Of a stretch of DNA of 64,000 bases, positions 1-11,156 are shown piece after piece; position 1 is the first letter of the stretch; each line of letters begins with the position of its first letter. Position numbers and translations under genes: made by a program. The notes under the pieces were generated by a model. The model was not told the origin of the DNA, did no database searches, and saw only the letters and a list, made by a program, of their open reading frames with translations. The DNA is from an uncultured Nitrospiraceae bacterium (lineage in GTDB: Bacteria; Nitrospirota; Thermodesulfovibrionia; Thermodesulfovibrionales; Dissulfurispiraceae), in the NCBI GenBank assembly GCA_963727805.1, contig CAVSHF010000003.1, forward strand, positions 1,440,001 through 1,504,000, in the 5' to 3' direction.

Positions 1-884
1 AACGTCATCTCCTCTGTTACCCTACCCTGAAAGATATCTACCAGCGATTCGGGCACACCAAGGGTCAACAGTCCCGAACCGGTCCTCAAACATGCCTTTG
101 CCGTCATCAGCGCCGCGCCAGTCCTCCCCCGTGAGCCCGCCAGAACAAAAACATGGCCATATTCTCCCTTATAAGAATTGCGAGGCCTCTCCGGTAGAAG
201 GTGCACCGCTCTTTCTGGTCCCATCAACTCGGTTTTAATAGCATCCGACTGAATCAATTTCATTGGAAAGCCTATGCCTTCGACGCAGAGACTTCCGGTA
301 TATTCTGCGCCTGGATAGAGAAAGTGCCCTCTCTTCGGCAGTCCGAAGGTCACAGTATGATCAGCCTTTATTGCCTCGCCAAGGATTTCACCAGTGTCGG
401 CAGAAATACCCGAAGGGATGTCGACACCCAGAACTGGGACTTCTGCCTTATTAATAGACCTGAACAGAGCGGCTAAATCTCCTATAACTGGTCTGCTTAG
501 GCCCGTCCCAAAGATTGCATCAACAATAAAGGCACCGTGCAGATCGCTGCTTCCCATGCTTTTTCGAACTTCGATGGTAATTCCTGTTTTTTTTGCTGCC
601 CAGTATTGGGTCTTGCAGTCAGCGCTTAAGGAATCAGCCTTGCCGAGCATTATGACCTTGACGCGATACCCTCCGTTATAGAGACTGCGCGCTGCTACAA
701 GGCCGTCACCGCCGTTATTGCCGCTGCCACAGAGAACAAGCACTTTCCCCCCGGCACATACGTCTTTCACTTTCGCTGCCACAGCAAGTCCGGCTCTCTC
801 CATAAGAACGAGCGAGGGGATTCCATATTCTGCAATCGTGGTTCTATCGATCTCTCTCATCTCAGCGGCGGTAACGACTTTCAT
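1..884 (-). CDS. nnr: Bifunctional NAD(P)H-hydrate epimerase/dehydratase (YjeF), runs off the left edge
   Basis: Missing from the ORF track. Manual translation MKVVTAAEMREIDR...LMERAG...CGSGNNGGDG...GHVFVLAGSRGKTGAA; GAGGTG RBS. Confidence 0.93.
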   Translation of the reverse strand, partial: MKVVTAAEMREIDRTTIAEYGIPSLVLMERAGLAVAAKVKDVCAGGKVLVLCGSGNNGGDGLVAARSLYNGGYRVKVIMLGKADSLSADCKTQYWAAKKTGITIEVRKSMGSSDLHGAFIVDAIFGTGLSRPVIGDLAALFRSINKAEVPVLGVDIPSGISADTGEILGEAIKADHTVTFGLPKRGHFLYPGAEYTGSLCVEGIGFPMKLIQSDAIKTELMGPERAVHLLPERPRNSYKGEYGHVFVLAGSRGRTGAALMTAKACLRTGSGLLTLGVPESLVDIFQGRVTEEMT

Positions 885-953
885 AATGCACCTCAAAACT
901 CAGTTGAAGAGTTAAAGGGGGAAAAGTCGGTATACTTTCTTACAACCTGAAAG

Positions 954-2609
954 TTACCGACTGTCTCTTTCCCGAATTTCGACCCTCCGGATTTTACCGC
1001 TGATCGTCTTAGGGAGTTCGGTAACAAACTCTATGATCCTCGGATATTTATACGGGGCAGTCACTTTTTTAACATGCTCCTGCAGCTCTTTGATTAGCTC
1101 GTTGCATGAAATGTAGCCTTTTGCCAAAACTACTGAGGCCTTGACGATCTGTCCCCGCACCGGATCAGGGACCGACGTGACAGCGCATTCGAGCACCGCA
1201 GGATGCTCGACAAGGGCGCTCTCGACCTCGAAGGGGCCAATTCGGTACCCTGAACTTTTGATAAGGTCGTCCGCCCTTCCCACGAACCAGTAGTAGCCAT
1301 CCTCATCACGCCAAGCCATATCTCCGGTGTAGTATATGCCATCATGCCACAGCCTTTCAGTGAGGTCCGGCTCACGATAATAGCCCTGGAACATTCCAAC
1401 CGGAGTCCTCCTGTCGGTGCGGATAACAATCTGTCCTTCCTTTCCGAAATCGCATGAGTTGCCATTTTCGTCAAGAAGGTCGATGTCATACCACGGAGAC
1501 GGCTTTCCCATTGACCCCGGTTTCGGCTCTAACCACGGGAAAGTGCCGATCGCGACCGTCGTTTCGGTCTGCCCGTAACCTTCCATGAGTCTGATCCCCG
1601 TTGCATTGAGAAACTGGGAATAGACTTCAGCGCTTAAAGGTTCTCCGGCCACGGTGCAATATTTAAGCTTCTCGAAGTGGTATTTTGAAAGGTCTTCCTT
1701 GATGAGAAACCGGTAAACGGTAGGAGGAGCGCAGAAAGAAGTGACACCATACTTCACCAGTACATCGAGGAGTTTGCCGGGGGCGAATTTATCAAAGTCA
1801 TACACGAATACCGCACATCCCGCAATCCACTGGCCGTAGATCTTTCCCCAAACAGCCTTGGCCCAGCCGGTGTCGGCCACGGTAAGATGCAATCCATTAT
1901 CCTGCACATTCTGCCAATATTTAGCAGTGAGTATGTGGCCCAGCGGATAGGTAAAGTCATGCCGCACCATCTTTGGCATGCCAGTTGTTCCTGATGTGAA
2001 GTAGAGGAGTAATATGTCATCATTAGAGGACGCTTCATCATTCACCGGACGGGTAAAAGACAACGGTGACCGCTCCATCTCTGCGTTAAAGTCAAGCCAA
2101 CCGGCCCGACTGGCGCCGACGAGGGCCTTCAAACAGAGTGAGGGGGATTGTGCCTCGGCGGCTTCGACATGAGTGATGACTTCGGCATCCGCCACGCTGA
2201 CGATCATCTTGATGTCCGCTGAGTTATTCCGGTATACAATATCCTTGGCAGTGAGCAGATGCGTGGCAGGAATGGAGATTGCGCCAATCTTATGAAGAGC
2301 TAGGATGCAGAACCAGAACTCGTAGTGCCTCTTGAGGATGAGCATCACAGGATCGCCCCGCTGTATGCCGTGAGACACGAAGAAATTTGCCGCCTTGTCA
2401 CTATATCGTCTAAGTTGACCGAAGGTGAATATTTCTTCCCGACCCCTGCCATCACACCACACCAGAGCAATCTTATGAGGATGTAGCGCTGCTATTTCAT
2501 CAACAACATCATAGGCAAAATTGAAATTCTCCGGGACCACGATGCGGAAATCCTTTATAAAGTCTTCGTATGAAGTGAAATCCACTTTTGAAACAAACCG
2601 CTTAAGCAT
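954..2609 (-). CDS. Acyl-CoA synthetase / AMP-binding protein
   Basis: [44 protein letters not shown]; start trimmed to MLKRF. Confidence 0.93.
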   Translation of the reverse strand: MLKRFVSKVDFTSYEDFIKDFRIVVPENFNFAYDVVDEIAALHPHKIALVWCDGRGREEIFTFGQLRRYSDKAANFFVSHGIQRGDPVMLILKRHYEFWFCILALHKIGAISIPATHLLTAKDIVYRNNSADIKMIVSVADAEVITHVEAAEAQSPSLCLKALVGASRAGWLDFNAEMERSPLSFTRPVNDEASSNDDILLLYFTSGTTGMPKMVRHDFTYPLGHILTAKYWQNVQDNGLHLTVADTGWAKAVWGKIYGQWIAGCAVFVYDFDKFAPGKLLDVLVKYGVTSFCAPPTVYRFLIKEDLSKYHFEKLKYCTVAGEPLSAEVYSQFLNATGIRLMEGYGQTETTVAIGTFPWLEPKPGSMGKPSPWYDIDLLDENGNSCDFGKEGQIVIRTDRRTPVGMFQGYYREPDLTERLWHDGIYYTGDMAWRDEDGYYWFVGRADDLIKSSGYRIGPFEVESALVEHPAVLECAVTSVPDPVRGQIVKASVVLAKGYISCNELIKELQEHVKKVTAPYKYPRIIEFVTELPKTISGKIRRVEIRERDSR

Positions 2610-3037
2610 TAGAGTCCTTTCATAAAATAACCACAAAAGACGTGGCTGGCATTTGAGCCGACACTTCGGCGATCCACCTCAATTCGTGTATCCTTTCATC
2701 GGGTTGACGAAACTGTTTGGACATCGGGGAAATTATCATTAATTTGACAAAAAAAGCAATATGGCCAAATGCTTCTTACCAAATCTTTGCCCGGCATCCT
2801 TGCTAATCAAGGGATGATTACTTCATGAGAAAAGCTTTAAGCGATAGATAAACAGTTATCAGTCTGCATCGGCTTTGTATGGTTAGCGTGAAAACATCTC
2901 TCTAACTATTGTGAGGAGGCGATTCGGCGATACCGGTTTAATTTCGTGATTCTGGTGCAGACTAATAGGCTAATCAATTTCTTTGTATAATTAATCGAGG
3001 TTGGCCAATAGCATCCCCCTCAGGAAAGGAGAGTGTC

Positions 3038-4144
3038 ATGATCATTGGTATTCCCAAGGAGATAAAGACCCACGAGTATCGGGTGGGGATGACGCCATCG
3101 GGTGTCGCGGAACTGAAGAATGATGCTCATACGATACTCGTTGAAGCTGGTGCCGGAGAAGGCAGCGGGTTTACCGACAATGAATACCTGGATGCAGATG
3201 CCGATATTGTCGATAAAGAAACCATTTTTGAAAAGTCCGAACTCATAGTGAAGGTCAAAGAGCCTTTGCCTTCTGAGTACCATCTCATGAAAGAAGGCTT
3301 AGCAATCTTCACCTATCTGCACCTTGCGCCAAACCGCGAACTTACGCAATTGCTACTCAGAAAAAAAATAACCGGCCTCGGATACGAAACCCTGCAAAAG
3401 AATGGTATGCTGCCGTTACTGGTTCCCATGAGCGCCATAGCCGGAAGAATGGCTCCTCTTGTGGGATCCTATTATCTCCAGAGGCCGCATGGGGGCACCG
3501 GGGTTCTTCCTACAGGGATTGCAGGTAGTCGGCCGGCAAAGGCAGTGATTCTAGGGGCCGGTGTTGTCGGCTTCAATGCTGCACGTGTGTGTGCAGGCCT
3601 CGAAATGGAAACCATAGTGATCAACAGGAGCACCGAGAGACTCGAACGGCTTGACGAGCTTTTCATGGGCAAGATAAGAACCCTGCCACTCACGCCACAA
3701 CATGTCAAAGAAGAGATACGAGACGCGGATATCGTTGTCGGCGCAATACTCGTTCCCGGGGCAAGAACACCCATATTGATCACCAGAGGTATGGTTGGGA
3801 CAATGAAAAAAGGTGCCGTCATAGTCGACGTATCGATCGATCAGGGCGGTTGCGCCGAGACATCGCGACCTACGACCCATACCGATCCTATTTATGAAGT
3901 GGCTGGTATCGTTCACTATATGGTCGCCAACATGCCCGGTGCATATCCGCGCACAGCGACCCTGGCATTGACGGATGCAACACTCCCCTATATCAAGGCC
4001 CTCGCAGCGAGGGGTATCGAAGGGGCGCTCAAGGAAGATGCAGCGATAAGGAGCGCACTTAACACATGGGGCGGAGAGATTGTCCATGAGGGCCTCGCGC
4101 AGGTCTATAAAGCTCAGAACAATACAGCCATATTTAATAGCTAG
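3038..4144 (+). CDS. ald: Alanine dehydrogenase
   Basis: IGIPKEIK..EYRV, KVKEP, FTYLHLA, IDQGGCAETS, VANMPGAYPRT. Confidence 0.96.
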   Translation: MIIGIPKEIKTHEYRVGMTPSGVAELKNDAHTILVEAGAGEGSGFTDNEYLDADADIVDKETIFEKSELIVKVKEPLPSEYHLMKEGLAIFTYLHLAPNRELTQLLLRKKITGLGYETLQKNGMLPLLVPMSAIAGRMAPLVGSYYLQRPHGGTGVLPTGIAGSRPAKAVILGAGVVGFNAARVCAGLEMETIVINRSTERLERLDELFMGKIRTLPLTPQHVKEEIRDADIVVGAILVPGARTPILITRGMVGTMKKGAVIVDVSIDQGGCAETSRPTTHTDPIYEVAGIVHYMVANMPGAYPRTATLALTDATLPYIKALAARGIEGALKEDAAIRSALNTWGGEIVHEGLAQVYKAQNNTAIFNS

Positions 4145-4443
4145 TTATAGGTAATCAGGCAGCAGATCAGTGGCTAAAATACCATGGCTTCTTCTTATAA
4201 TCTGGATCGTCGGAACATAAGTAGCGAGATATATTATGTCTGGGAATCCTTCTTTCGAGATTGCTTATAAATTATGCGGATCTTTATCGGAAATGATTAC
4301 CGCTTGGCTGACCAATTAACCCAAACAGATGCCAAAATAGCCTGTTTAAAATAATGATTCAACCTTGGAAGGAAGCTAACGAATAATCTTGCCTGTGCTA
4401 ACCGACAGATCCCACTTATGAGTATTGCCGTTATAGTGTATCA

Positions 4444-4920
4444 TCAGTTTTTTGGCTCTTGACTCTCATTTTCTAAATGGTGCAGAATTTTGAGCATGAG
4501 ATCAGTCTGTCGCTCCAGATGCAGTAGAATCGTTTCAATTTCTGTTTCGGCTTTTATATTGACTTCGAAATCTGATTCTGCTCTTGCCTCTGAGTGACGT
4601 CCCTGGAGATTTTGACCTATCATAATCAGCGGCATTAAAAATATCTGCAGTACATTGGACAGAAAGAGCCATAAGACAAACGCAGGGTATGGATCGAATC
4701 TCGTTTCTTTAGGACCAAGTGTATTCCATCCTAACCAGAAAAATGTCCATGCAAAAACAACAATGAAAAAACCCATTGAGCCGACCTTGTCTGTAATCCA
4801 GACAGCAAACAACTCTAAATGACTCAGGCTTTTTCTATGATCTGCATTGACGTTTCTGATCGGTTTGTGCACCTTCTGCTTTTTCAATTCTTCATGAGTT
4901 AATAATTGAGTCTCGCTCAT
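4444..4920 (-). CDS. DUF1003 membrane protein
   Basis: FDPYPAF..L..SN......PLIMIGQN motif; start trimmed to MSETQ after GGAGGG. Confidence 0.85.
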   Translation of the reverse strand: MSETQLLTHEELKKQKVHKPIRNVNADHRKSLSHLELFAVWITDKVGSMGFFIVVFAWTFFWLGWNTLGPKETRFDPYPAFVLWLFLSNVLQIFLMPLIMIGQNLQGRHSEARAESDFEVNIKAETEIETILLHLERQTDLMLKILHHLENESQEPKN

Positions 4921-5283
4921 TTTGCTCCCTCCATGTCTGATTGTTATCAAGCCACCACAATAAAAAGACCATCAATGTTTTTTATCGCCCAATATCGATT
5001 TAACTTCAAATCTGCACAATTATACCACGGGTTCAATCATAAGGACTTTAGGAAGCGGATGAGACTATTCGGGTGCAAGATCTTTTCATTGGCAAGAGAT
5101 ATAATAAGCTAATTGCAGCCGGTAAACGTTGACAGCCATGGCTATTTAACGAGTACTTTGACACTATCGGCATATGAGATCATGCTTAATGACTACTCAT
5201 AGCTGAATGTCGTCAGGTGAATTTATACTCTAAATCATAAAATATCTCTTCAATCTTTCTCTCTTTCGGTACCATAATATAAT

Positions 5284-5799
5284 ATGGTTACTTGCAGGAA
5301 GAATATTTTTCTCACCGGAGCTCCTTCGTCAGGCAAGACCACTGTCATCAAGAAGATCATTCAGAAACTAGTCCTTCCGTCCTGCGGTTTTTATACGGAA
5401 GAAGAACGGCTGGGTGGCAAAAGGGTGGGTTTTGTTATGAAGACCATCGATGGCAAAACATCATACCTTGCCCATCAGGATATTAAGTCGGAATTCCATA
5501 TCAGACGGTTCAGTGTCAGCCTTGAAAATATCGAAGCTCTTGCCGTGCCATCGCTATCTCCGACAACCGGCAATAGTATTGTAATCCTCGACGAAATCGG
5601 TAAGATGGAATGTTTTTCCGAGGTCTTTAGAAATGCAGTGATCAGAGTCCTGGATTCACCCAACATTATCATAGGAACGATTACACTGGGAGATGATGAT
5701 TTCATTGCAACTATTAAGAATAGGGGGGACATCGAGATCCTTGAGGTAAATCACGACAACAGAAATGTCCTGCCAGACATAATCCTAAAAAGATATTAG
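5284..5799 (+). CDS. Nucleoside-triphosphatase, THEP1/NTPase_1 family
   Basis: LTGAPSSGKTT, GFYTEE, ILDEIGKME. Confidence 0.88.
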   Translation: MVTCRKNIFLTGAPSSGKTTVIKKIIQKLVLPSCGFYTEEERLGGKRVGFVMKTIDGKTSYLAHQDIKSEFHIRRFSVSLENIEALAVPSLSPTTGNSIVILDEIGKMECFSEVFRNAVIRVLDSPNIIIGTITLGDDDFIATIKNRGDIEILEVNHDNRNVLPDIILKRY

Positions 5800-6196
5800 A
5801 CCTGAAAGAGGTGGGATCGCGACAAATACTGCGATAATTATACGGATTGGCGCAGAGACAGAGGTCAACAACATTAGCGACAAGAAAGACATTGGGAGAT
5901 GCAAGGGCCATTTAAAAGCCGCTAGTTGACACGGGACTCACGTCTCCGAGCCATCCGGTAATGATGCGGGACTGTTTTTTTTACAGCGTACGAGTGATTA
6001 TTTTCTTTTCAGCGGGGAGTGTCGAATTGCCTGACTGCAAGTGGCAGACACATTCTTTTGCAAGCTTGGCGCATGAAGCTTACGATGACTAATCGAGGAC
6101 GGACCAATTCGGACTAGCCCCGGCAGTTAAGCATTGACAAGGGCACATGCGACTAGGGATATTTTCCATCCCCTCACGTTAAGCTGTCCATCTGAC

Positions 6197-7084
6197 TCAC
6201 CGGTTCTTCTTAATAGTGACTCTGCCCTCCAGATCGTCTGCAAACTGGCGCGCTGTCCTTCCCGAATAGCTTCCATGTTCGAGAGACCACTGCATCGCCT
6301 CCTTTTCAAGTCTGTTAGGCTCAATCACGATCTTTCTTAGAGAGGCATAATTATGGACGATCCGGAGATAGTTGTCTTTATCGAAATTAAAAAAACCGAG
6401 CCGAAGTCCAAAGCGGTCGCTCAGGGAAAGCTTTTCCTCCAGTGTTTCGGCAGGATGCAACTCTCCACCTTTGTAAACTAGCACATTGTCTTCGATCTGT
6501 TCAGGCATGAGGTGGCGCCGGTTTGAAGTCGCATAGATGATCATATTGCTCGGCTTGGTCTCGAGCCCTCCTTCAAGAACGGCCTTGAGCTGACGGTATG
6601 AGCTCTCCTCCTCTTCAAAGGCAAGGTCATCACAGAAAAGAATGAATTTTTCAGGCCGCGTCCTTATGAGATTGGCAACATCAAAGAGGTGAATAAGTGC
6701 ATCACGTTCCATCTCGATCATGCGGAGGCCTCTTTTGGCATATTCGTTCAAAAGCGCCTTTACTGCTGAGGACTTGCCTGTTCCTCTTGGGCCGTATAGG
6801 AGAACATTATTGCAAGGCAACCCACCGAGAAGCTGCCCCGTATTCTCCTTCAGCTTAACGATGATATCGTCGATGCCTTTGAGTTCCCTCATGCTAACGG
6901 GATCAGGGTGTAAAATTCCCTTTATGCAAGGGACTCCGTTTATGGAATGGACCTTGAAGGCATTGAACCGATCAAATACCTGCGGATCGACCTCCGGCGC
7001 AACAGCGTCTGCGAGCCTCTTAATATTTTCATTCAGGCTTTTCAACTGGGATATCAATACATTTGCGTCATCCTCGTTTAGCAT
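6197..7084 (-). CDS. DUF815 AAA+ ATPase
   Basis: NNVLLYGPRGTGKSS, FCDDLAFE, YATSNRRHL, EEKLSLSDRFGL, SGRTARQF. Confidence 0.9.
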   Translation of the reverse strand: MLNEDDANVLISQLKSLNENIKRLADAVAPEVDPQVFDRFNAFKVHSINGVPCIKGILHPDPVSMRELKGIDDIIVKLKENTGQLLGGLPCNNVLLYGPRGTGKSSAVKALLNEYAKRGLRMIEMERDALIHLFDVANLIRTRPEKFILFCDDLAFEEEESSYRQLKAVLEGGLETKPSNMIIYATSNRRHLMPEQIEDNVLVYKGGELHPAETLEEKLSLSDRFGLRLGFFNFDKDNYLRIVHNYASLRKIVIEPNRLEKEAMQWSLEHGSYSGRTARQFADDLEGRVTIKKNR

Positions 7085-7122
7085 GTCGGAATCCTCCTGT
7101 GCAAATGCTATGTATTATCAGT

Positions 7123-8226
7123 CTAGGACCCGCCGTCATCCTCGCTCATCTCAAGGCACGGTGACGAAAATCCAACAAGCCTCAATTCGGGTCTGAGAGA
7201 GACGCCGAAATGATCTTTCACCTTTTGTTGCACCTCGCCGGCAAAACTGACGATATCCCGCGCAGTCGCTCCCCCATAGTTCATGATAATAAGCGTATGC
7301 TTCGGCGATATACCAACATTGTCCTTCCGGAATCCTCGTGTATAACCCACGCATTGAATAAGACAGGCAGCCGACATTTTCACCTTGCCTGAATCGAGAG
7401 GCCAGGCCCAGTCGGCACACCCTCCCACCCTTTGAACTCGTTCTGCAATCGCTCTGAATTTTTCCGGGGCAACAACCGGGTTTTTGAAAAAAGAACCAGC
7501 ACTCATGAAGGACTCATAGCCTTCGCGAACGAGTAACCCTTTGACGTCCCTTATGGATATCACAGCATCCCTCACTTGTCGGAGCGTTATATCTTGATTT
7601 CCCTCGAAATATTTTAAGAGTTCCCTGTATTTCATCGCGGGGGCTCCGTCTTGCTTTAGCCTGAATGTCACCCCAGTGATAAGGTACTTGCCAGCGGAGT
7701 CACCATTGAAAATACTTTTTCGATATCCGAAGCCACATTCTGCATTGCTGAAAAAAATGGACTTGCCTGTATCACTCTCGATTGCCCTAACACCGGCTAC
7801 TGTTTGCGACACATCCTGACCATAGGCACCGATGTTCTGGACCGGCGATGCCCCAACTGTGCCAGGGATGCCTGCCAGACATTCGATGCCTTGCCAGCCG
7901 CTACTGATACATCTGTCTGCAAAGTGCTGCCAGTCCTCTCCCGCGCCTGCGTAAACAACTGCGTCTTTGTCTTCTATGCGGCTTTTGAACCCCTTTATCC
8001 TATCGAGAATCACTAGACCATCAAATCCGACATCACTTATCAGGACATTACTCCCTCCGCCTAGTGTAAAAATGGGGATATTTCTTTCCTTTGCGAAGTC
8101 GAGAGCTTCGACAACCTCATCCTCACTCTTTACAACAGTAAAATAGCGCGCAGGGCCTCCTATGCCGAAGGTTGTGTGTTCACCGAGGGGATAATTTTCC
8201 CTTATCTCAATCCCTTTAGTCTTCAT
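7123..8226 (-). CDS. murB: UDP-N-acetylmuramate dehydrogenase
   Basis: TTFGIGGPA, LGGGSNV, GIPGTVGASPVQNIGAYG, SAGSFFKNP. Confidence 0.95.
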   Translation of the reverse strand: MKTKGIEIRENYPLGEHTTFGIGGPARYFTVVKSEDEVVEALDFAKERNIPIFTLGGGSNVLISDVGFDGLVILDRIKGFKSRIEDKDAVVYAGAGEDWQHFADRCISSGWQGIECLAGIPGTVGASPVQNIGAYGQDVSQTVAGVRAIESDTGKSIFFSNAECGFGYRKSIFNGDSAGKYLITGVTFRLKQDGAPAMKYRELLKYFEGNQDITLRQVRDAVISIRDVKGLLVREGYESFMSAGSFFKNPVVAPEKFRAIAERVQRVGGCADWAWPLDSGKVKMSAACLIQCVGYTRGFRKDNVGISPKHTLIIMNYGGATARDIVSFAGEVQQKVKDHFGVSLRPELRLVGFSSPCLEMSEDDGGS

Positions 8227-8253
8227 TCGAATGGTTTATTATAACATCCATCT

Positions 8254-8865
8254 TCACTCCTCACCGATATCAATATCCGGGCGCAGTTTTCTCACCGCAA
8301 GACGCCAGATCAGTAAAGCAAGCACCATGAGCATGATTAAAACGAGGAGTGCATATAGCGCTTCTTCGACATCTTTCTTGATCAATTCAAGCGTGTTACC
8401 GCCCCAGTAACCGGCTCCAACCATAAGCGAGATTGTCACGACCGACGAAACCGCGTCGGCGAGAACAAACTTCAGCCGTGGCATCTTAAGAATGCCGGCG
8501 ACCAAAAATATCTGTGAGCGAAGGCCGACAAGATGACGGCCGAGAAAGATAACGAGAACCCCCCATTTGCGGAATGTTTTTTCGAGGCGAGTAATACGCT
8601 TTGCGGAGATAATCTTGCGAAAGCGTCTGTGGGTCACGACTTTCCTTCCGTATTTTCTCCCGACATGATAGAGGAAATAATCAGTCATGAGCATACCAAA
8701 TGATACGACAAGAAGAGCAGGTACCGGCTTCACGACATTGTTTGCGATCAGCAGGCCGCAGAGAATAAGGATCGCGTCCTCTGGAAAGGGGAACCCGATC
8801 ACTCCAAGCACGAGGAGCACAAAAAGACCAAAATACGGAAAGTGGTGAATGATTGATATATCCAT
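8254..8865 (-). CDS. DedA family membrane protein
   Basis: GFPFPED, YHVGRKYG, FLGRHLVGLR; start uncertain. Confidence 0.88.
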   Translation of the reverse strand: MDISIIHHFPYFGLFVLLVLGVIGFPFPEDAILILCGLLIANNVVKPVPALLVVSFGMLMTDYFLYHVGRKYGRKVVTHRRFRKIISAKRITRLEKTFRKWGVLVIFLGRHLVGLRSQIFLVAGILKMPRLKFVLADAVSSVVTISLMVGAGYWGGNTLELIKKDVEEALYALLVLIMLMVLALLIWRLAVRKLRPDIDIGEE

Positions 8866-8990
8866 TTCGTTTTCTATTTTGCCGACTTTAACGGACCGAG
8901 TCAATCCTGTGATGCAACTGCATAAGCTCATTGTCATGAGAGCCCGATTTTGATATAGTTGAAAATAGTATTAAACATGGGAGGACTATT

Positions 8991-9527
8991 ATGATCGAAT
9001 TGTTGCGCAAGCGACGAAGCATTCGCAAGTATACCGGAGAAGCTATCGACAAGATATCGCGTGAGCTGCTCATAGAAGCATTGCTCCGCGCGCCATCCTC
9101 ACGTGACATTAAACCATGGGAATTCATTGTTGTTGATGACCCCAAGTTGTTGTCAAAGTTATCAGAAGCGAAAGAGCATGGCTCACAATTTCTTCGGGCA
9201 GCGCAATTGGGAATTGTTGTATGCGCAGACAGTACAAAATCAGACGTATGGATTGAGGACTGCTCTATCGCGGCGATACTCGTTCAAATGGTCGCAGTGT
9301 CGCTTGGCCTGGGCAGCTGCTGGATACAGATAAGAAATCGAAAATATAAGGAAAAGAAAACATCGGAGAAATATATTCGGGACATACTCGGCTTGCCCAG
9401 TCAGATCAAGGTTGAATCGATAATAAGCATCGGTTATCCCGGTGAAACTAGGAAGCCGGTTGCGAAAAGTGAATTGCAGTATACCAAGATCAAACACAAT
9501 CATTACTCTGAATCGTACTTTTCATAG
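8991..9527 (+). CDS. Nitroreductase family protein
   Basis: RRSIRKY, RAPSS..PWEFIVV, LGLGSCWI. Confidence 0.92.
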   Translation: MIELLRKRRSIRKYTGEAIDKISRELLIEALLRAPSSRDIKPWEFIVVDDPKLLSKLSEAKEHGSQFLRAAQLGIVVCADSTKSDVWIEDCSIAAILVQMVAVSLGLGSCWIQIRNRKYKEKKTSEKYIRDILGLPSQIKVESIISIGYPGETRKPVAKSELQYTKIKHNHYSESYFS

Positions 9528-9598
9528 GAAATAGGTTAAACTATCGAAACAGCTTATTCTTGCATTAAGCGTGATTATACCATTCAAAGGAGATTAGA

Positions 9599-10081
9599 AT
9601 GTCAGAGACTCGTGCAATAATTGAAACGAAATTAGGAAATATCGAACTCAAGTTCTTTCCTGATGTTGCCCCCGACCATGTCAATAATTTCGTAACCCTT
9701 GCGACGGCGGGCTTTTATGACGGTACCACCTTTCACCGCGTCATCCCCGACTTCATGATACAGGGAGGCGACCCCAATTCCAAGGACCACGAAAAGTCGC
9801 AGCACGGCATGGGTGGCCCAGGGCATACCGTTAAGGCTGAATTCAACAAGAAACCGCACAAGCGCGGCACCCTCTCCATGGCACGTTCAGCCCATCCCGA
9901 CAGTGCGGGATCGCAGTTTTTCATCTGCGTTGCTGACGCTGCTTTTCTCGACGGACAATACACCGTATTCGGCGAAGTAGTGTCGGGGATAGATACGGTA
10001 GATGCCATTGTTAATCAGCCTAGAGATCTGAGGGATAACCCAAACGAACGGGTTGAGATGATGGTCAAAATAGTGGAGTAA
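9599..10081 (+). CDS. Cyclophilin-type peptidyl-prolyl isomerase
   Basis: FHRVIPDFMIQGGDP, GTLSMAR, SAGSQFFI, YTVFGEV. Confidence 0.95.
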   Translation: MSETRAIIETKLGNIELKFFPDVAPDHVNNFVTLATAGFYDGTTFHRVIPDFMIQGGDPNSKDHEKSQHGMGGPGHTVKAEFNKKPHKRGTLSMARSAHPDSAGSQFFICVADAAFLDGQYTVFGEVVSGIDTVDAIVNQPRDLRDNPNERVEMMVKIVE

Positions 10082-10253
10082 TGAGAGCTGTTTAACCTTA
10101 AATCGGATTGCCTGTGACTGTTAACTTTCCGTCCAAAGTGGGGTTGCCAAATATCAGGCAGATTAGTAGTCTGATCTCTTTTTAATCTTGATATTGCAAG
10201 AAGGTGATCTTTTATCTGCGACGAAATGAAGGCTGATTCGACGTTCGCGAGAG

Positions 10254-11048
10254 CTAGAAAGAATGTTCTCGGTCCGGGAAATTTCCCTGCGTGACCTCGT
10301 CCTTGTATTCATTGATAGCCTTTAGTGCATCTTCTTTTAGGTTTCCATACTTTTTTACAAATTTCGGCGTAAACCGCTCAAAGAGACCGAGCACATCATG
10401 GATGACAAGGACCTGGCCGTCGCAGTAGGGACCGGCTCCTATGCCGATAGTCGGGATAGATATCTCTTCAGTTATACGATGTGCAAGTTCTGCAGGGACT
10501 GCCTCAATTAGCAGAGAGAATGCACCCGCATCTTCGAGCATCTTTGCGTCTTCAATCAGCCTTTGGGCTGCCTCCTCGGTCTTTCCCTGGACCTTATAGC
10601 CACCCATTCGGTGTAACGCCTGGGGAGTCAGGCCGATGTGAGACATGACCGGGATTTCTGCAGTTGAAAAGGCCTTAACTTTGTCAGCAACCTCTCTTCC
10701 CCCTTCAAGCTTTACCGCCTGAGCGCCGGCCTCCTTCAGAAAGCGGCCCGCGTTTCTCACTGCTTCCTCGATGCTGATCTGATAAGAAAGATAGGGCATG
10801 TCACCAATAACCATAGCGTTCCTTGCGGCCCTTGAAACCATCTTGGCATGGTAAATCATTTCATCCATTGTTACCGGAATGGTGTTTTCAAGTCCCTGGA
10901 CGACCATCGCGAGGGAATCACCGACAAGTATGGCATCGATGCCTGCTTCATCGACAATCTGAGCGAAAGGAAAATCGTAGGCAGTAAGCATAACGATTTT
11001 CTTATGCTCCTTTTTCTTTTTCAGAAAATCCTGAACAGTAACTTTCAT
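10254..11048 (-). CDS. panB: 3-methyl-2-oxobutanoate hydroxymethyltransferase
   Basis: MLTAYD, LVGDSL, AVKLEGG, HIGLTPQ, IGIGAG; GAGGAG RBS. Confidence 0.97.
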   Translation of the reverse strand: MKVTVQDFLKKKKEHKKIVMLTAYDFPFAQIVDEAGIDAILVGDSLAMVVQGLENTIPVTMDEMIYHAKMVSRAARNAMVIGDMPYLSYQISIEEAVRNAGRFLKEAGAQAVKLEGGREVADKVKAFSTAEIPVMSHIGLTPQALHRMGGYKVQGKTEEAAQRLIEDAKMLEDAGAFSLLIEAVPAELAHRITEEISIPTIGIGAGPYCDGQVLVIHDVLGLFERFTPKFVKKYGNLKEDALKAINEYKDEVTQGNFPDREHSF

Positions 11049-11156
11049 ATAGCTCCTCACGGACATTTAATATCTGTCATTGCGGCTTGTCCGCAATCTT
11101 ATCAAAAAAAAGGATCCCCGACAAGCGGAAATAGCAAACGAGCGTACTTAGATAGA

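Noticed and set aside
201..915. Short plus-strand ORFs
   Set aside because: Antisense shadows of the nnr gene.
5800..6196. Possible structured RNA between convergent genes
   Set aside because: No convincing stems or known motif recognised.
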